From the NCBI RefSeq assembly GCF_002087085.1, contig NZ_MWQY01000002.1, forward strand, positions 124,001-188,000: a DNA stretch of 64,000 nt, written 5' to 3'. A program made the position numbers and the translations under genes. Positions 1-10,074 of the stretch are shown one piece after another. How positions within the stretch are numbered: the first letter of the stretch is position 1; every line of letters starts with the position of its first letter. A model generated the notes under the pieces. The model saw nothing but the letters and a program-made list of their open reading frames with translations. It made no database searches and was not told where the DNA came from.

Positions 1-674
1 AAGAGATTATCGGGCGAGCCCATGCAGAGGGGATCCCTGTGCTGGTGGACGCCGCCCAGAGCATTCCCCGACTCCCCGTGGATGTTCAGGCGCTGGGGGC
101 GGATTTTCTTGTATTCTCGGCGCACAAGGTTTACGGCCCCACGGGAATCGGGGTGCTCTACGGCAGAGAGGAGTGGCTGGAGCGGCTGCCCCCCTGGCGG
201 GGCGGAGGAGATATGATCGATACAGTGGAGCTGGATGGATCCACCTGGAATACCCTGCCCTACAAGTTTGAAGCAGGAACCCCCAACATTGCCGGGGCTG
301 CCGGAACAGGTGCTGCCCTGGAGTGGCTGGAGCGGCGGGATATACGGCTCATCTCGGACAAGGAAGAGTATCTTACCGAATACCTGCGATCCCGCCTTGC
401 CGAGCTGTCGTGGATAAAAATGCTCCCCGCCCCGGAAGGAACACGAACCGGACTCGTCTCATTTACCATGGACGGGATTCACCCCTACGACGCGGCCCAG
501 ATCCTGGACAGGAAAGGCTTTGCCCTGCGCTCGGGACACCACTGTGCACAGCCCCTGCATCGCCGTTTCGGCCTGGAGGGTTCCTTACGGGCGAGCTTCG
601 GGGTCTACAACCGGGAATCGGAACTGGACAGGCTGGTGGAAGCTCTGCAGGAGACCCGCCGCTTTCTGGCCTGA
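1..674 (+). CDS. sufS: SufS-type cysteine desulfurase, 5'-truncated by the window edge
   Basis: VDAAQS, PLP-lysine motif FSAHKVYGPTG, FEAGTPNIAG, group II catalytic loop RSGHHCAQP. Confidence 0.92.
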   Translation, partial: EIIGRAHAEGIPVLVDAAQSIPRLPVDVQALGADFLVFSAHKVYGPTGIGVLYGREEWLERLPPWRGGGDMIDTVELDGSTWNTLPYKFEAGTPNIAGAAGTGAALEWLERRDIRLISDKEEYLTEYLRSRLAELSWIKMLPAPEGTRTGLVSFTMDGIHPYDAAQILDRKGFALRSGHHCAQPLHRRFGLEGSLRASFGVYNRESELDRLVEALQETRRFLA

Positions 675-688
675 GTCCAGCGTCCGAT

Positions 689-1504
689 TCAGATACGCTG
701 CAGTAACAGCTTTGCAAAGGACATTATGGCCAGCCGATCGGACAGCTCCGCCTGCCGGGCCTCCTCCCCGTTGAGAAGAGGAATAACATGCTGAAACAGA
801 GGATAGGACTCAACCCCGCGAACCGCTTTTGAAAGGGTGTATAGTTCATCCGCGCTTTCAATGGACCACTTCATGACAGAATCCGAAGAGTTTTTCAGAA
901 CCAGACGGTTACCCATCTCGAGTCCCCTGGCGGAACAGTATTCCAGAATCATTGCAGCCTGACCGATGCGACGGGCAATGATCTCCAGTAGCTGTGCAAC
1001 TTCATCAGCATTGAAATAGTAGAGGAGCCCGACAGCCAGGACCACAGGCCTGCCCTGGATTTCAATCCTCCGATAGGTGCTTTCCTCGAGGACAGAACCC
1101 GGAATAAGCCTGTAGCGGTCGGATTCCGGAAAAAGCCGTTTTTTCAACGCTATTACCCCTGGAAAATCTATATCATACCAGCGAACGGAATCCGATACGA
1201 AGCCATGGAAGGCCGTATCCAGTCCGCAGCCAAGATTGAGTATCGTTAAATCACCACCCTTTTCGCTTATACTCCTCAGTTCACGCAGCACATTGAGGGC
1301 CCTGGCCACCCAGGCCAGGCGGCTCATACTGAGCTGCTCCGAAGAAATAACCGAGAAGTCGATTCCCAGAGATTCAACCAATCGAACACATTCACTGTCA
1401 TGCAGCAGACCATGTTCCCTGATACTCTCTGAATACCGCCCCCAGAGCGGAAGCAGCATGGTTTTTTCCACTCCTCTCAATGCAGAAGCTGCATCCTCTG
1501 TCAT
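689..1504 (-). CDS. Class I SAM-dependent methyltransferase (LCM/TcmP-like O-methyltransferase)
   Basis: TMLLPLWGR, ILNLGCGLDT, WYDIDFP motifs; ATG at 1504 overlaps the tetR stop (ATGA). Confidence 0.85.
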   Translation of the reverse strand: MTEDAASALRGVEKTMLLPLWGRYSESIREHGLLHDSECVRLVESLGIDFSVISSEQLSMSRLAWVARALNVLRELRSISEKGGDLTILNLGCGLDTAFHGFVSDSVRWYDIDFPGVIALKKRLFPESDRYRLIPGSVLEESTYRRIEIQGRPVVLAVGLLYYFNADEVAQLLEIIARRIGQAAMILEYCSARGLEMGNRLVLKNSSDSVMKWSIESADELYTLSKAVRGVESYPLFQHVIPLLNGEEARQAELSDRLAIMSFAKLLLQRI

Positions 1505-2136
1505 GGTTCCTCCCCGACACTCTCCATCGAAGCGGCACGCCAGATAAAGCACACATGATGTCTGAGGGCATCGCGAATCCGCCCGGAATCGAAATGTCTG
1601 TTCTCTTTCTGAAGACTTCGTTCATAAAAGTTCGCCGCCACGGGGGCCAGCAATTCGGCGGTGAGAAAATCGGTGGAGCAGTCAAAATGCCATCCAAGCA
1701 TCCTTACCCGCTCCAAAACCAGAGTTACCAGCTTCCGTGGTCGTGAAAAAAACTCATTATACAGAAAATCACGAATGCCCTCGTGAAAATACTGTCCCCT
1801 GGTTACAATCCGAACAGGAACAAAAAACTTCTCATTCTGAAGCAGATCAACAGGTGCAAGCATCAGGTCCGATAGCACCGCTTCAGGACCGTTCCTGATC
1901 AGCAAGTCATCAAGATTTTCAGGAACATCATTCATGCCCAGGGCTCTGAGATCCTGACTGAACCGCAGTACTACTTCATCCAGAATAGCGGCTTTTTCCG
2001 GGAAATGGTTATAGATCGAACTGGCCCTGATGTGTATCTTCGATGCAATATCCCGTATAGAGACATTTTTATAGCCGTATTCGGAGAATAGTGAACAGGC
2101 TGTCTGATAAATCTTTTCTCGATTGGATTTTCCCAT
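1501..2136 (-). CDS. TetR/AcrR family transcriptional regulator
   Basis: N-terminal HTH: LFSEYGYKNVSIRDIASKIHIRASSIYNHFPEK. Confidence 0.92.
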   Translation of the reverse strand: MGKSNREKIYQTACSLFSEYGYKNVSIRDIASKIHIRASSIYNHFPEKAAILDEVVLRFSQDLRALGMNDVPENLDDLLIRNGPEAVLSDLMLAPVDLLQNEKFFVPVRIVTRGQYFHEGIRDFLYNEFFSRPRKLVTLVLERVRMLGWHFDCSTDFLTAELLAPVAANFYERSLQKENRHFDSGRIRDALRHHVCFIWRAASMESVGEEP

Positions 2137-2159
2137 TCCAGGTATTCTCCCCCGATGAG

Positions 2160-2209
2160 ATAGACTAGCATTGCTAGTCTATTATAATCCTGGAACCGGT
2201 AACAGTCAA
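2160..2209 (-). promoter_or_regulatory. sigma70-type promoter of tetR with adjacent palindromic operator
   Basis: Minus strand TTGACT(2209-2204)-17 nt-TATAAT(2186-2181); perfect 11-1-11 palindrome ATAGACTAGCA-T-TGCTAGTCTAT at 2160-2182. Confidence 0.85.
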
Positions 2210-2337
2210 AGTATTTATTCTTGAAATATACAGCCGGGTAGAAGTGCTGTGCTCCATGAAGAGAGAAGACTTTTCTTGCATGACCTGCAGCAATGCCGTA
2301 CACTCATCATAAACCCTGAGATTCCAGGAGGATACCC

Positions 2338-3342
2338 ATGAAGGTTCTTTTTATCGGCGGCACCGGCAACATATCCACTCCCTGCTCGCGGGAACTCCTG
2401 CGTCGCGGAGTCGAGCTTGTCCATCTCAACCGGGGAAGCAGCACACCGGATTTTCCCGAGGGCAAGGTCCGGAGCATACACTGCGATGTAAACGACGAGG
2501 CAGCCCTGACTCAGGCTCTGGAAAAGGAAAGCTTCGATGTTGTGGTGGACTGGATTGCCTTTCGACCCGAACAGGTCCTGCGGGATATTCGCCTCTTTAC
2601 CGGAAAAACCGGACAGTATATCTATATAAGTTCCGCGTCTGCCTATCGGAAGCCCCCGTTGCAGCCGGTGATTACAGAATCGACGCCCCTTATTAATCCC
2701 TACTGGGACTACTCACAGCTCAAGATTCTCTGTGAACGGGAGCTTTTCCGGGCCTGGGAGGAAACGGGATTTCCGGCAACCGTCGTACGCCCCTCCCATA
2801 CCTACGGAGAAAGCTGGATTATCTCAAGCTTCGGTTCCAGGGATTATACTGCGGCCGCCCGCATGCTCGAAGGCAGGAAGATACCCGTTCACGGTGACGG
2901 TCAGAGTCTCTGGGTACTGACCCACGCCGAGGACTTCGCCGTCGGTTTCGCGGGACTCGTCGGAAATCCTAATAGCCTGGGAGAGGCCTATCATATAACC
3001 TCCGACGAGCTTTTGACCTGGGACAGGATTCACCAGCTGCTGGCGTCTGCCCTGGGGGTGAAGGCTGATATAATTCACCTGCCCCTGGATTTTATCGAAC
3101 AGGAGGCTCCTGAGTTCGGTCCCGGGCTCAGGGGCGACAAGAGTTACAGCGTGATCTTCGACAACAGCAAGATTAAAGCGGCCGTTCCCGATTTCCAGCC
3201 CCGGATCTCCTATGCCCGGGGAATCCGCCGTTCCGTGGTGTACCTGGAGGCACATCCGGAGAAGAAGATCATCGATACAGCGAAGGACGCCCTGATGGAC
3301 AGGATGATAAGCACCTATCTTCAAGGATTTGCAGGAGCTTAA
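2338..3342 (+). CDS. NAD-dependent epimerase/dehydratase (atypical SDR)
   Basis: Rossmann GGTGNI, ISSASAY, YxxxK (YSQLK); AGGAGG RBS. Confidence 0.88.
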   Translation: MKVLFIGGTGNISTPCSRELLRRGVELVHLNRGSSTPDFPEGKVRSIHCDVNDEAALTQALEKESFDVVVDWIAFRPEQVLRDIRLFTGKTGQYIYISSASAYRKPPLQPVITESTPLINPYWDYSQLKILCERELFRAWEETGFPATVVRPSHTYGESWIISSFGSRDYTAAARMLEGRKIPVHGDGQSLWVLTHAEDFAVGFAGLVGNPNSLGEAYHITSDELLTWDRIHQLLASALGVKADIIHLPLDFIEQEAPEFGPGLRGDKSYSVIFDNSKIKAAVPDFQPRISYARGIRRSVVYLEAHPEKKIIDTAKDALMDRMISTYLQGFAGA

Positions 3343-4403
3343 AGATCCTCAAAAGGGTGGAACTTGCGGTAGAAACTCCCGGGAACCAGAAAATTCACCG
3401 CCGAGGGAACAATGGAGCAGTGCAAGGTGTAGCGCCCTTCCACTGCGGGATTATCACAACGACGGAGTTCGCCATCCGCATGGTAGGCAAAGGGCTCCCG
3501 CTTCATCAGTTTCACCTGTCTGACCTCATAGCGTTCTATCACCGGCCGGTCTCTTTTGGCCCGCTGCCGGTTTATCCTGCGATGCCAGCCATTCCATATA
3601 TCAAAGATGTTCGACAGGATCTCCCGGCGATGGATAAAATTGAAGCTGTAGATATCCATGAAACCGCTGTTGCAGACAACATCAGGGGCTATCTTGAACA
3701 TTTTCGCGTAATACGGGCGGGTGGCAATCTCGATGAGGGGAGAACGGGTTTCTCGTGTAAAGTGCTTAAAGGGAAATTCAGCATTGCTCCTGGGGCCCTT
3801 GAAGGCGTACTTCCCATCTTCCATTTCCAGGATTTTTGTATCCTGCAGGAGAGAAAAATCCCGGTACCATGACTGCAGGGAAGCGGCAATATAATTCATC
3901 ATTCCGGGACGGCCGCGCCCGGCCCCTTCCCTGTATTCCAGCACCCTGGCATCGAGCCCGATTCCAAGCAGCTGACAGTACAGCGATGCTTTTCCGTCGT
4001 CTGCACGGATAAGGTCCACGGGCTGAATATATTCCCGTTCCATGCCTTCCAGATAGGAGCGGATTTGAGCCCGTATCGAAACCGGGACCTCATAGGAATC
4101 CTGAATACCGTTTCCGCTGCCCCCGCGCAGGAAACCAAGGGCCTTGCTTGTTGTGGATATCCTTCGGTGTGCGGACATATAGGCGTTAATGGCCAGGTTC
4201 GCCGTTCCGTCTCCGCCCCATATCAGAAGGAAGCGTTTTTCCCCGGCGGCAAAGGCTTCGACCTCCCTGCGAAAATCCTCCGGTCTTCTGCACTCCACGA
4301 TATGGGAGGCTTTATAGATCCGAAGGATTTTCTTCAGTTTCCGCGCATAGCCCGGGAATCGGTTCGGGTTTATAAGAAAAACCGCATTCTTAAACGCCTG
4401 CAT
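3339..4403 (-). CDS. Diacylglycerol/lipid kinase family protein
   Basis: INP, WGGDGT, GGSGN, GIGLDA and HADGE motifs. Confidence 0.85.
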   Translation of the reverse strand: MQAFKNAVFLINPNRFPGYARKLKKILRIYKASHIVECRRPEDFRREVEAFAAGEKRFLLIWGGDGTANLAINAYMSAHRRISTTSKALGFLRGGSGNGIQDSYEVPVSIRAQIRSYLEGMEREYIQPVDLIRADDGKASLYCQLLGIGLDARVLEYREGAGRGRPGMMNYIAASLQSWYRDFSLLQDTKILEMEDGKYAFKGPRSNAEFPFKHFTRETRSPLIEIATRPYYAKMFKIAPDVVCNSGFMDIYSFNFIHRREILSNIFDIWNGWHRRINRQRAKRDRPVIERYEVRQVKLMKREPFAYHADGELRRCDNPAVEGRYTLHCSIVPSAVNFLVPGSFYRKFHPFEDL

Positions 4404-4481
4404 ACCCGTATTCCAATATAATCAGAACAGCGGCAGCAAACCATCCGTCCGGGAACGATTTAACCGATCTTTAACAGGAGT

Positions 4482-4856
4482 TCAGGAATATTTGGACAGG
4501 ATCTCCAGGACAAAGGCCTTTAAGGGGAGTTCCAGTGAGGCTGAGGCTTCCTTGAAATCCCGGATGATCCTGCCGGAATCGAACACTCCGTCTTTCACCA
4601 GAACGGGAGCCTCCTTATAGGTGTAGCCCCGATCCTCTCCGGTATCCACCTTATCGAGACGATAGCCTTCTTCTTCGGTCCAGGTGAGGGCCTTCTCTCC
4701 CTCCTCCCTGTCGTTTTTGTCGTAGCAGAGTTGAAAACCGATAAGCGCACCGCCTTCCCGGCGGTACCAGACAATGAGGTCCATCTTCTCGTCGGAAAAC
4801 CAGCGCCGGAATCCTTCTCCGGGGATCTGGCGGGTTTCAGGTATCTCGACGAGCAT
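4482..4856 (-). CDS. Hypothetical protein
   Basis: 124-aa ORF directly downstream of plsC on the same strand; protein-like sequence (RRWFSDEKMDLIVW, GFQLCYD). Confidence 0.7.
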   Translation of the reverse strand: MLVEIPETRQIPGEGFRRWFSDEKMDLIVWYRREGGALIGFQLCYDKNDREEGEKALTWTEEEGYRLDKVDTGEDRGYTYKEAPVLVKDGVFDSGRIIRDFKEASASLELPLKAFVLEILSKYS

Positions 4857-4863
4857 TATGTGA

Positions 4864-5586
4864 CTACTCCTTCAGTCCTGAACGGATAACCGACTCCACC
4901 CGCTCATGCAAGGACGACAGTTCTTCCTTGTCCATTGCGGAAGTATCGATGGGCTCATGGAAGGTGATGGAAATGGAGGCAGGGGTCAGTCTTCCCTTCT
5001 CCTCCAGGGCATGATAGGTCCCCTGGACGGTAACCGGAAGGATGCTGGCTCTGGAGCGGGTTGCAAGCTTGAGGCTCCCTTTTTTAAAGGCATTCATTTT
5101 ATCCCCGCGGCTCCGGGTTCCTTCGGGAAAAATCAGCATGGGAAAACCGTTTTTAATATTTTGTACACCCTTTTCTATTGCCCTGATGGCGGAACGGGGA
5201 CTGCTGCGCTTGATGGGTACACAACGGATAGCCCACATCATTATCCCCACCCAGGGAAAATAAAGGAGCTCCCTCTTGGCAATGAACCCGACATAAAACG
5301 GAAGGGAATGTACAATTACCGGTATGTCCGCAATTCCCTGATGATTGCTGACCACACAGACGGCCTTATCCAGGAGTCCTGCGGTGTTTTCTCTGCCCTT
5401 GATCTCCACCTTTGCCCCGCCGGCGATAATATAGAACCAGGACAGAAAAGAAGCCATCAGATTGATATAGCGCCGCTCAAGCCTGTGCAGACGAAAGACC
5501 CTGAAAATTACCGAAAACAGGGCCACGGGGAACATGAGGGTCGTTACAACAAAATACAGCAGCAGAAAAAGAACTGATCGGACCAT
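4864..5586 (-). CDS. plsC: 1-acyl-sn-glycerol-3-phosphate acyltransferase
   Basis: NHQGIAD (HX4D), FIAKREL, FPEGTRS motifs. Confidence 0.9.
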   Translation of the reverse strand: MVRSVLFLLLYFVVTTLMFPVALFSVIFRVFRLHRLERRYINLMASFLSWFYIIAGGAKVEIKGRENTAGLLDKAVCVVSNHQGIADIPVIVHSLPFYVGFIAKRELLYFPWVGIMMWAIRCVPIKRSSPRSAIRAIEKGVQNIKNGFPMLIFPEGTRSRGDKMNAFKKGSLKLATRSRASILPVTVQGTYHALEEKGRLTPASISITFHEPIDTSAMDKEELSSLHERVESVIRSGLKE

Positions 5587-5607
5587 ACCGGCGATATTAC
5601 CCCCTTT

Positions 5608-7203
5608 TCAGGTATCTGTAAAGTTAGGGCACCTCCGGCTTCCGCCACTGTAGCGATGGGCAAGATGAACCGCGAGACGCCACCTGGGATACTCCCTGTC
5701 GAAAAGCTCCTCTTCCCGGGGATTGGAAAAAACTTCGTACTGCAGGGGGATATCCCGCAGTTCATCTTCGCTGCTCCACCAGAGGGCACCCAGGCCTGCC
5801 ATACAGGCTGCCCCGACGCTGCTGAGTTCCAGTTCAGGGGAACGCAGAACAGGAATGCCACAGGAAGCGGACAACAGCCGCATGAGAATCGTCGAACGGC
5901 TGACGCCTCCATCGACCTTCAGCTGCCTGACCTCTACCCCAAGATCCTTTTCTATACCCTGAATAATCTCACGAACCCGGAAGGCGATTCCTTCATACAT
6001 GGCCCGGGCAATCTGGGAGCGCTTTGTTCCCAGGCCCAGACCGAACACGGCGCAGCGCATTCCCGAACGGAAATAGGGGAATCGTATACCCAGGGGTGTG
6101 GGAAGAAAGATAACCCCGCCGGAATCAGCAGCCTCTTCCGCCAGGGCATCGAGCTCCTCGGGAGAATCGGCAAAACCGATTTCCGAAGAGAGCCAGTTGA
6201 TGAGTGTACCTACCGAGGCTACCTGCCCTTCCAGCATGTAGGTTACCTTTCCCTGTATGGACCATGCGATAAGAGGAAAAAGGCCCCGGGGCGAAAAGCG
6301 CGGTCTGGACCCGACATTAATCGTCACAAAGCTCCCTGATCCCTTGGAGACCTTCACCTCTCCGGGATCAAAACAGCGGTGACCGAAGAGGGCCGCCATC
6401 TGGTCGCCCACAAGAGCCTTTACAGGGGCTTGAACCCCAACAAAGACCTCGGGATCCGTGGTACCAAAATCGTCAATGCTGTCCCGTACAGGGGGAAGGA
6501 TGCTGACGGGAATGTCAAAAAGCCAGCAGAACAGGCGGTTCCACTTGAGCTTGAACGGATTGTAGAGTCCGGTGGCCGCCGCATTTGAGGTATCCGTAAC
6601 CCATTGCCGTCCTCCGCTCATACGATAGAGAAGCCAGGTATCCAGGGTTCCGAAGCGCAGGCTTCCGTCCCTGCAGGCTTCCCGGATGGCGGGGTTCCGG
6701 TCAAGAAGTGCCTTCAGCCGGCAGGAAACATGGACAGTGGTAAAACGCAACATGGAAGCGGTACGAAGAAAGGCATTTCCGGAAATCCGCCCGGCAATAC
6801 CCGCGGCCAGACGGATTATCCGCCAGACCAGAGACCGGTTCATGCCGGCAGCCGTTTCCATCGAACGCACATCCGACCAGGAGATCAGCTTTGTTACAGG
6901 TTTTCCGGTACCTTCCTCCCACAGGCAAAAGGTGGCCCGCTGCACGGTCACCGCAACCGCATCCGGCTGCCCCAGATCAGGATGCTCCCGGAAAAGACCT
7001 TCTGTTGCTTCCAGAACGATAGTCCAGACGGTTTCCGGGTCAAACTCAACCGCTCCGTCAGGGCCCGGCAGGGGAGAGAGCTTCCGGCGGAACATGGCGA
7101 AGGCCTGGCCGTCGGTATTCACTGCGGTGGCCCGAATACCGGAACCTCCTGCATCAATTGTCAGAATCCAGCGGAAATCCCGCCTGGAGTCGGTACTGTC
7201 CAT
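5608..7203 (-). CDS. FGGY-family carbohydrate kinase, glycerol kinase (GK5-like)
   Basis: IDAGGSGIR, QRAT, GTLDTWLL, TDTSNAAATG, GDQMAALFG, VDGGVS; ATG at 7203 follows a promoter-like box. Confidence 0.88.
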   Translation of the reverse strand: MDSTDSRRDFRWILTIDAGGSGIRATAVNTDGQAFAMFRRKLSPLPGPDGAVEFDPETVWTIVLEATEGLFREHPDLGQPDAVAVTVQRATFCLWEEGTGKPVTKLISWSDVRSMETAAGMNRSLVWRIIRLAAGIAGRISGNAFLRTASMLRFTTVHVSCRLKALLDRNPAIREACRDGSLRFGTLDTWLLYRMSGGRQWVTDTSNAAATGLYNPFKLKWNRLFCWLFDIPVSILPPVRDSIDDFGTTDPEVFVGVQAPVKALVGDQMAALFGHRCFDPGEVKVSKGSGSFVTINVGSRPRFSPRGLFPLIAWSIQGKVTYMLEGQVASVGTLINWLSSEIGFADSPEELDALAEEAADSGGVIFLPTPLGIRFPYFRSGMRCAVFGLGLGTKRSQIARAMYEGIAFRVREIIQGIEKDLGVEVRQLKVDGGVSRSTILMRLLSASCGIPVLRSPELELSSVGAACMAGLGALWWSSEDELRDIPLQYEVFSNPREEELFDREYPRWRLAVHLAHRYSGGSRRCPNFTDT

Positions 7204-7308
7204 TCCGCAATAATAGCAGAGCCCTGCAAGGCGGGCAATTGTCATTTTTCATACCTTTTGATTTGCCTTCGGGAATCCCAAAAGCTACAATCAGAAAAGA
7301 GGTTAAAC

Positions 7309-8265
7309 ATGAGCCACGAGAAAATCCCCCTTGGAATAAGTACCTGCCTGCTTGGATACAATGTCCGCTACAACGGCGGTCACAAGAAGGACCGTTTCAT
7401 TCTGCAGACCCTGGGAGACTATTTTGACTATGTTCCCGTATGTCCCGAGGTGGAGTGCGGAATGCCGATACCCCGGGAATCCATGCGCCTGGAGGGGGAA
7501 CCCGACGATTACCGGCTCATCACTCATAAGACGAAGGAGGACAAGACAGGGCAAATGATGAGGTGGGGCCGGAAACGGCTCAGGGAACTGGAGGAAAAAG
7601 ACCTGTGCGGTTATATATTCAAGAGCAAATCCCCGTCCTCCGGTCTTTTCAGGGTGAAGATATACGCTCCGGAGGGACATCATGTCTGGAATACCGGCAC
7701 CGGGATCTGGGCCGGAATGTTCCGGGACCATTTCCCGCTCCTTCCGCTGGAGGAGGACGGCCGTCTCCATGATCCTGCGCTGCGGGAAAACTTCATCGAA
7801 AGGGTCTTTGTTTTTAAACGCTGGAGAGACTTTGCAAAGAAAAAAACCGGCTACGGAGAGCTGGTGGATTTCCATACCCGCCATAAGCTCCTTATCATGA
7901 GCCACGATGTCGAGGCGTATCGCAGAATGGGGAAACTGGTGGCGGAAGGTAGAAACCGGAACTTCGATGAGCTTCTTGACGAGTATCTGGGAATGCTGCT
8001 GTCGGCAATGACAAAACTGGGGACCATAAGGAAACACATTAACGTTCTTCAGCACATCCTGGGATACTTTAAAAAGCAGCTCAGTTCCGACGAGAAGCAG
8101 GAGTTCCTGCAAATTCTGGACCAGTACCGGCAGAGTCATTTTCCCCTGATTGTACCGGTAACCATGCTGAATCATTTTGTACGGAAATACGGGAACGAGT
8201 ACCTGGAAAAACAGTGGTACCTGAATCCCCACCCCACGGAAATGAAGCTCAGAACCCATGTTTAG
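7309..8265 (+). CDS. DUF523 (2-thiouracil desulfurase-like)/DUF1722 YbgA-family protein
   Basis: GISTCLLG..VRYNGGHK, CPEVECG..PRE, KSKSPSSG, FHTRHKLLIMSH; start at ATG 7309 after GAGG. Confidence 0.88.
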   Translation: MSHEKIPLGISTCLLGYNVRYNGGHKKDRFILQTLGDYFDYVPVCPEVECGMPIPRESMRLEGEPDDYRLITHKTKEDKTGQMMRWGRKRLRELEEKDLCGYIFKSKSPSSGLFRVKIYAPEGHHVWNTGTGIWAGMFRDHFPLLPLEEDGRLHDPALRENFIERVFVFKRWRDFAKKKTGYGELVDFHTRHKLLIMSHDVEAYRRMGKLVAEGRNRNFDELLDEYLGMLLSAMTKLGTIRKHINVLQHILGYFKKQLSSDEKQEFLQILDQYRQSHFPLIVPVTMLNHFVRKYGNEYLEKQWYLNPHPTEMKLRTHV

Positions 8266-8277
8266 CGTGCCGTTCCC

Positions 8278-8955
8278 CTAGAGTTTCAGCTTTTCCGTGC
8301 CCTTGAGTTCGTCCCGCAGATGAAGGGCGAACTGTTTGATGAAGGCGAACTTCCTCCGCATAATCTTGCGTGCCCCCAGGGTGGAAAGGCGCTGCTCCTG
8401 TTTCTTGAAGAAACCGTACTCATTTCTTTCCAGAAGCTTCAACACCTGGGCATAATAGTCGTAGCGCTCCCGGTCTGCCTGGTGGGAAATCATGAAAATC
8501 GACATGGCCCCAAGTTCATCAAGAATGTCCGAGTCCTTGAGAATGGCATAGGGAAGCTTCTTTTCCTTACCGTCTTTTTTCTGGTGGGTCAGGATAAGAG
8601 AAAGAAGGGTTTTTACATTCAGCCTGGCTGTAATGTGGCTTTTGTTCCGACAGAAATTCTCGACAATTCCGGCACCGGTTTTGGCATGCCGTCGCCGGTC
8701 ATCCAGGGACCCGATATCGTGCATCAGGGCCGCCGCACGGATCATAAGGGCTTCGCTCTCCGACAGGCCCCCTTCCAGCTCGATCAGTTCTTTCGCGTAG
8801 GATTCCACCCGCAGGGAATGGGAAACGATATACTGCCAGGAGTCCTTCCAGGGATACCCCCGTTTCTCGGATGTAGACTTTCCCCGCAGGTAAGAGACCA
8901 GGAACTCTCTGAACTCCCTGAGTATGGCCTCGCTTTCGTCCTCTTTTACATCCAT
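8278..8955 (-). CDS. HD-domain phosphohydrolase
   Basis: HSLRV, AALMHDIG, H, DSDILD metal-binding pattern. Confidence 0.82.
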   Translation of the reverse strand: MDVKEDESEAILREFREFLVSYLRGKSTSEKRGYPWKDSWQYIVSHSLRVESYAKELIELEGGLSESEALMIRAAALMHDIGSLDDRRRHAKTGAGIVENFCRNKSHITARLNVKTLLSLILTHQKKDGKEKKLPYAILKDSDILDELGAMSIFMISHQADRERYDYYAQVLKLLERNEYGFFKKQEQRLSTLGARKIMRRKFAFIKQFALHLRDELKGTEKLKL

Positions 8956-9542
8956 AGGGCAATGGCTCCCGTAATGCCGAAACTCAGCATGATTACCAGC
9001 ACCCCAAGGGGTGTCGTTCTCCTGAACCGATCCTCCCCGTCAGGTACGTTCTCCGAAGGAAACAGATCCAGGAGGATCCCGTCTATATCCGAGAAGAAGC
9101 TGCGTCGGTGAATCTTCCGTTTATGGCTGTAGAGACTTTCAAAATAGTAGAAACTGCGCCCCAGCAGTCTTCCGAACCTGCCTGGCAGTTTGAGGTCCCG
9201 GGAAACGGAAAAGAGGGAAACAAAAACCAGTCCGCTGATGGTGATTCCCTTCGTCAGTCCGGCGATAAGGGCCCCCCGGGTAATATCGAAACCTCCCGGA
9301 GAATAGAGTACCTCGCCCCAGGGAGTAAGCAGATTAAAAAGAGCTATGGAAGAGGTCAGGATAATGAAATAAGAGAATTTTATCCTTTTTCCTGCAGCTC
9401 TCGCCATCAGGGCAAAAAGGATTACCATGGCAAACCGGGGCAGCAGGCCCTGGATAAACAGAAAGGAGAGAAGAAGCAGCAAACCCCACACAAAGCGATG
9501 GCCCGGTTTCACGATGGCGGAGATGTGATCATTCCTGGGCAT
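8946..9542 (-). CDS. Membrane protein, short EcfT/CbiQ-like ECF transmembrane component
   Basis: Several TM helices; LFNLLTPWGEVL..ITRGAL..GL segment typical of EcfT; overlaps the Gx gene. Confidence 0.6.
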   Translation of the reverse strand: MPRNDHISAIVKPGHRFVWGLLLLLSFLFIQGLLPRFAMVILFALMARAAGKRIKFSYFIILTSSIALFNLLTPWGEVLYSPGGFDITRGALIAGLTKGITISGLVFVSLFSVSRDLKLPGRFGRLLGRSFYYFESLYSHKRKIHRRSFFSDIDGILLDLFPSENVPDGEDRFRRTTPLGVLVIMLSFGITGAIALWM

Positions 9543-10074
9543 AGAGCCTCCTCAGCTTGGCGTGCCACCTGGAACGTTCAACAAAACCTTCGGCGATCAG
9601 CCCGATAAGCAGTCCGCTGACCGTACCGATGCCAAGAAAAAGGGGAGCTATCATGACGGCATTCTTTCCGAAGATAAAATAGATGGATAGCAGAACCTGC
9701 ACCGCGTTGCTGGTCAGTGAGCCGACGAGGCTGACCCCCACCAGAGAAAGGAACCTGCCGCTGATGCGGGAAACCGCATACATTACCAGTACACTCGAGT
9801 AGGACCCCGCCACGGAAAAGATGAATACGTAGGAGGCGAGGGTTCCGTTTATAAGTCCCTGCCCCGCGACCTTTACCAGGGTCAGAAGCATGAGGTAGGG
9901 GAAGGGCAGCAGATGAAGAGAAACCAGTATCGGCAGATTGGCGAGTCCCAGACGCATGAAGGGGATCGGCTTGGGGAACAGATATTCCACCGTCGACAGG
10001 AAGAGACACAGGGCCCCCAGGAAGGCGACCAGATCGATCCGTTGTTTGTGCAGATCAGAATGCAAGTCCATCAA
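9529..10074 (-). CDS. Gx transporter family protein (heptaprenyl-PP synthase component I-like / EetB-like)
   Basis: LSTVEYLFPKPIPFMRLGLAN, GVSLVGSLTSNAVQ; highly hydrophobic. Confidence 0.85.
   Translation of the reverse strand: MMDLHSDLHKQRIDLVAFLGALCLFLSTVEYLFPKPIPFMRLGLANLPILVSLHLLPFPYLMLLTLVKVAGQGLINGTLASYVFIFSVAGSYSSVLVMYAVSRISGRFLSLVGVSLVGSLTSNAVQVLLSIYFIFGKNAVMIAPLFLGIGTVSGLLIGLIAEGFVERSRWHAKLRRLYAQE

Noticed and set aside
6604..7308. 235-aa N-terminal extension of the DUF523/DUF1722 ORF
   Set aside because: It is the antisense shadow of the FGGY kinase gene; family similarity starts at ATG 7309, which has an RBS
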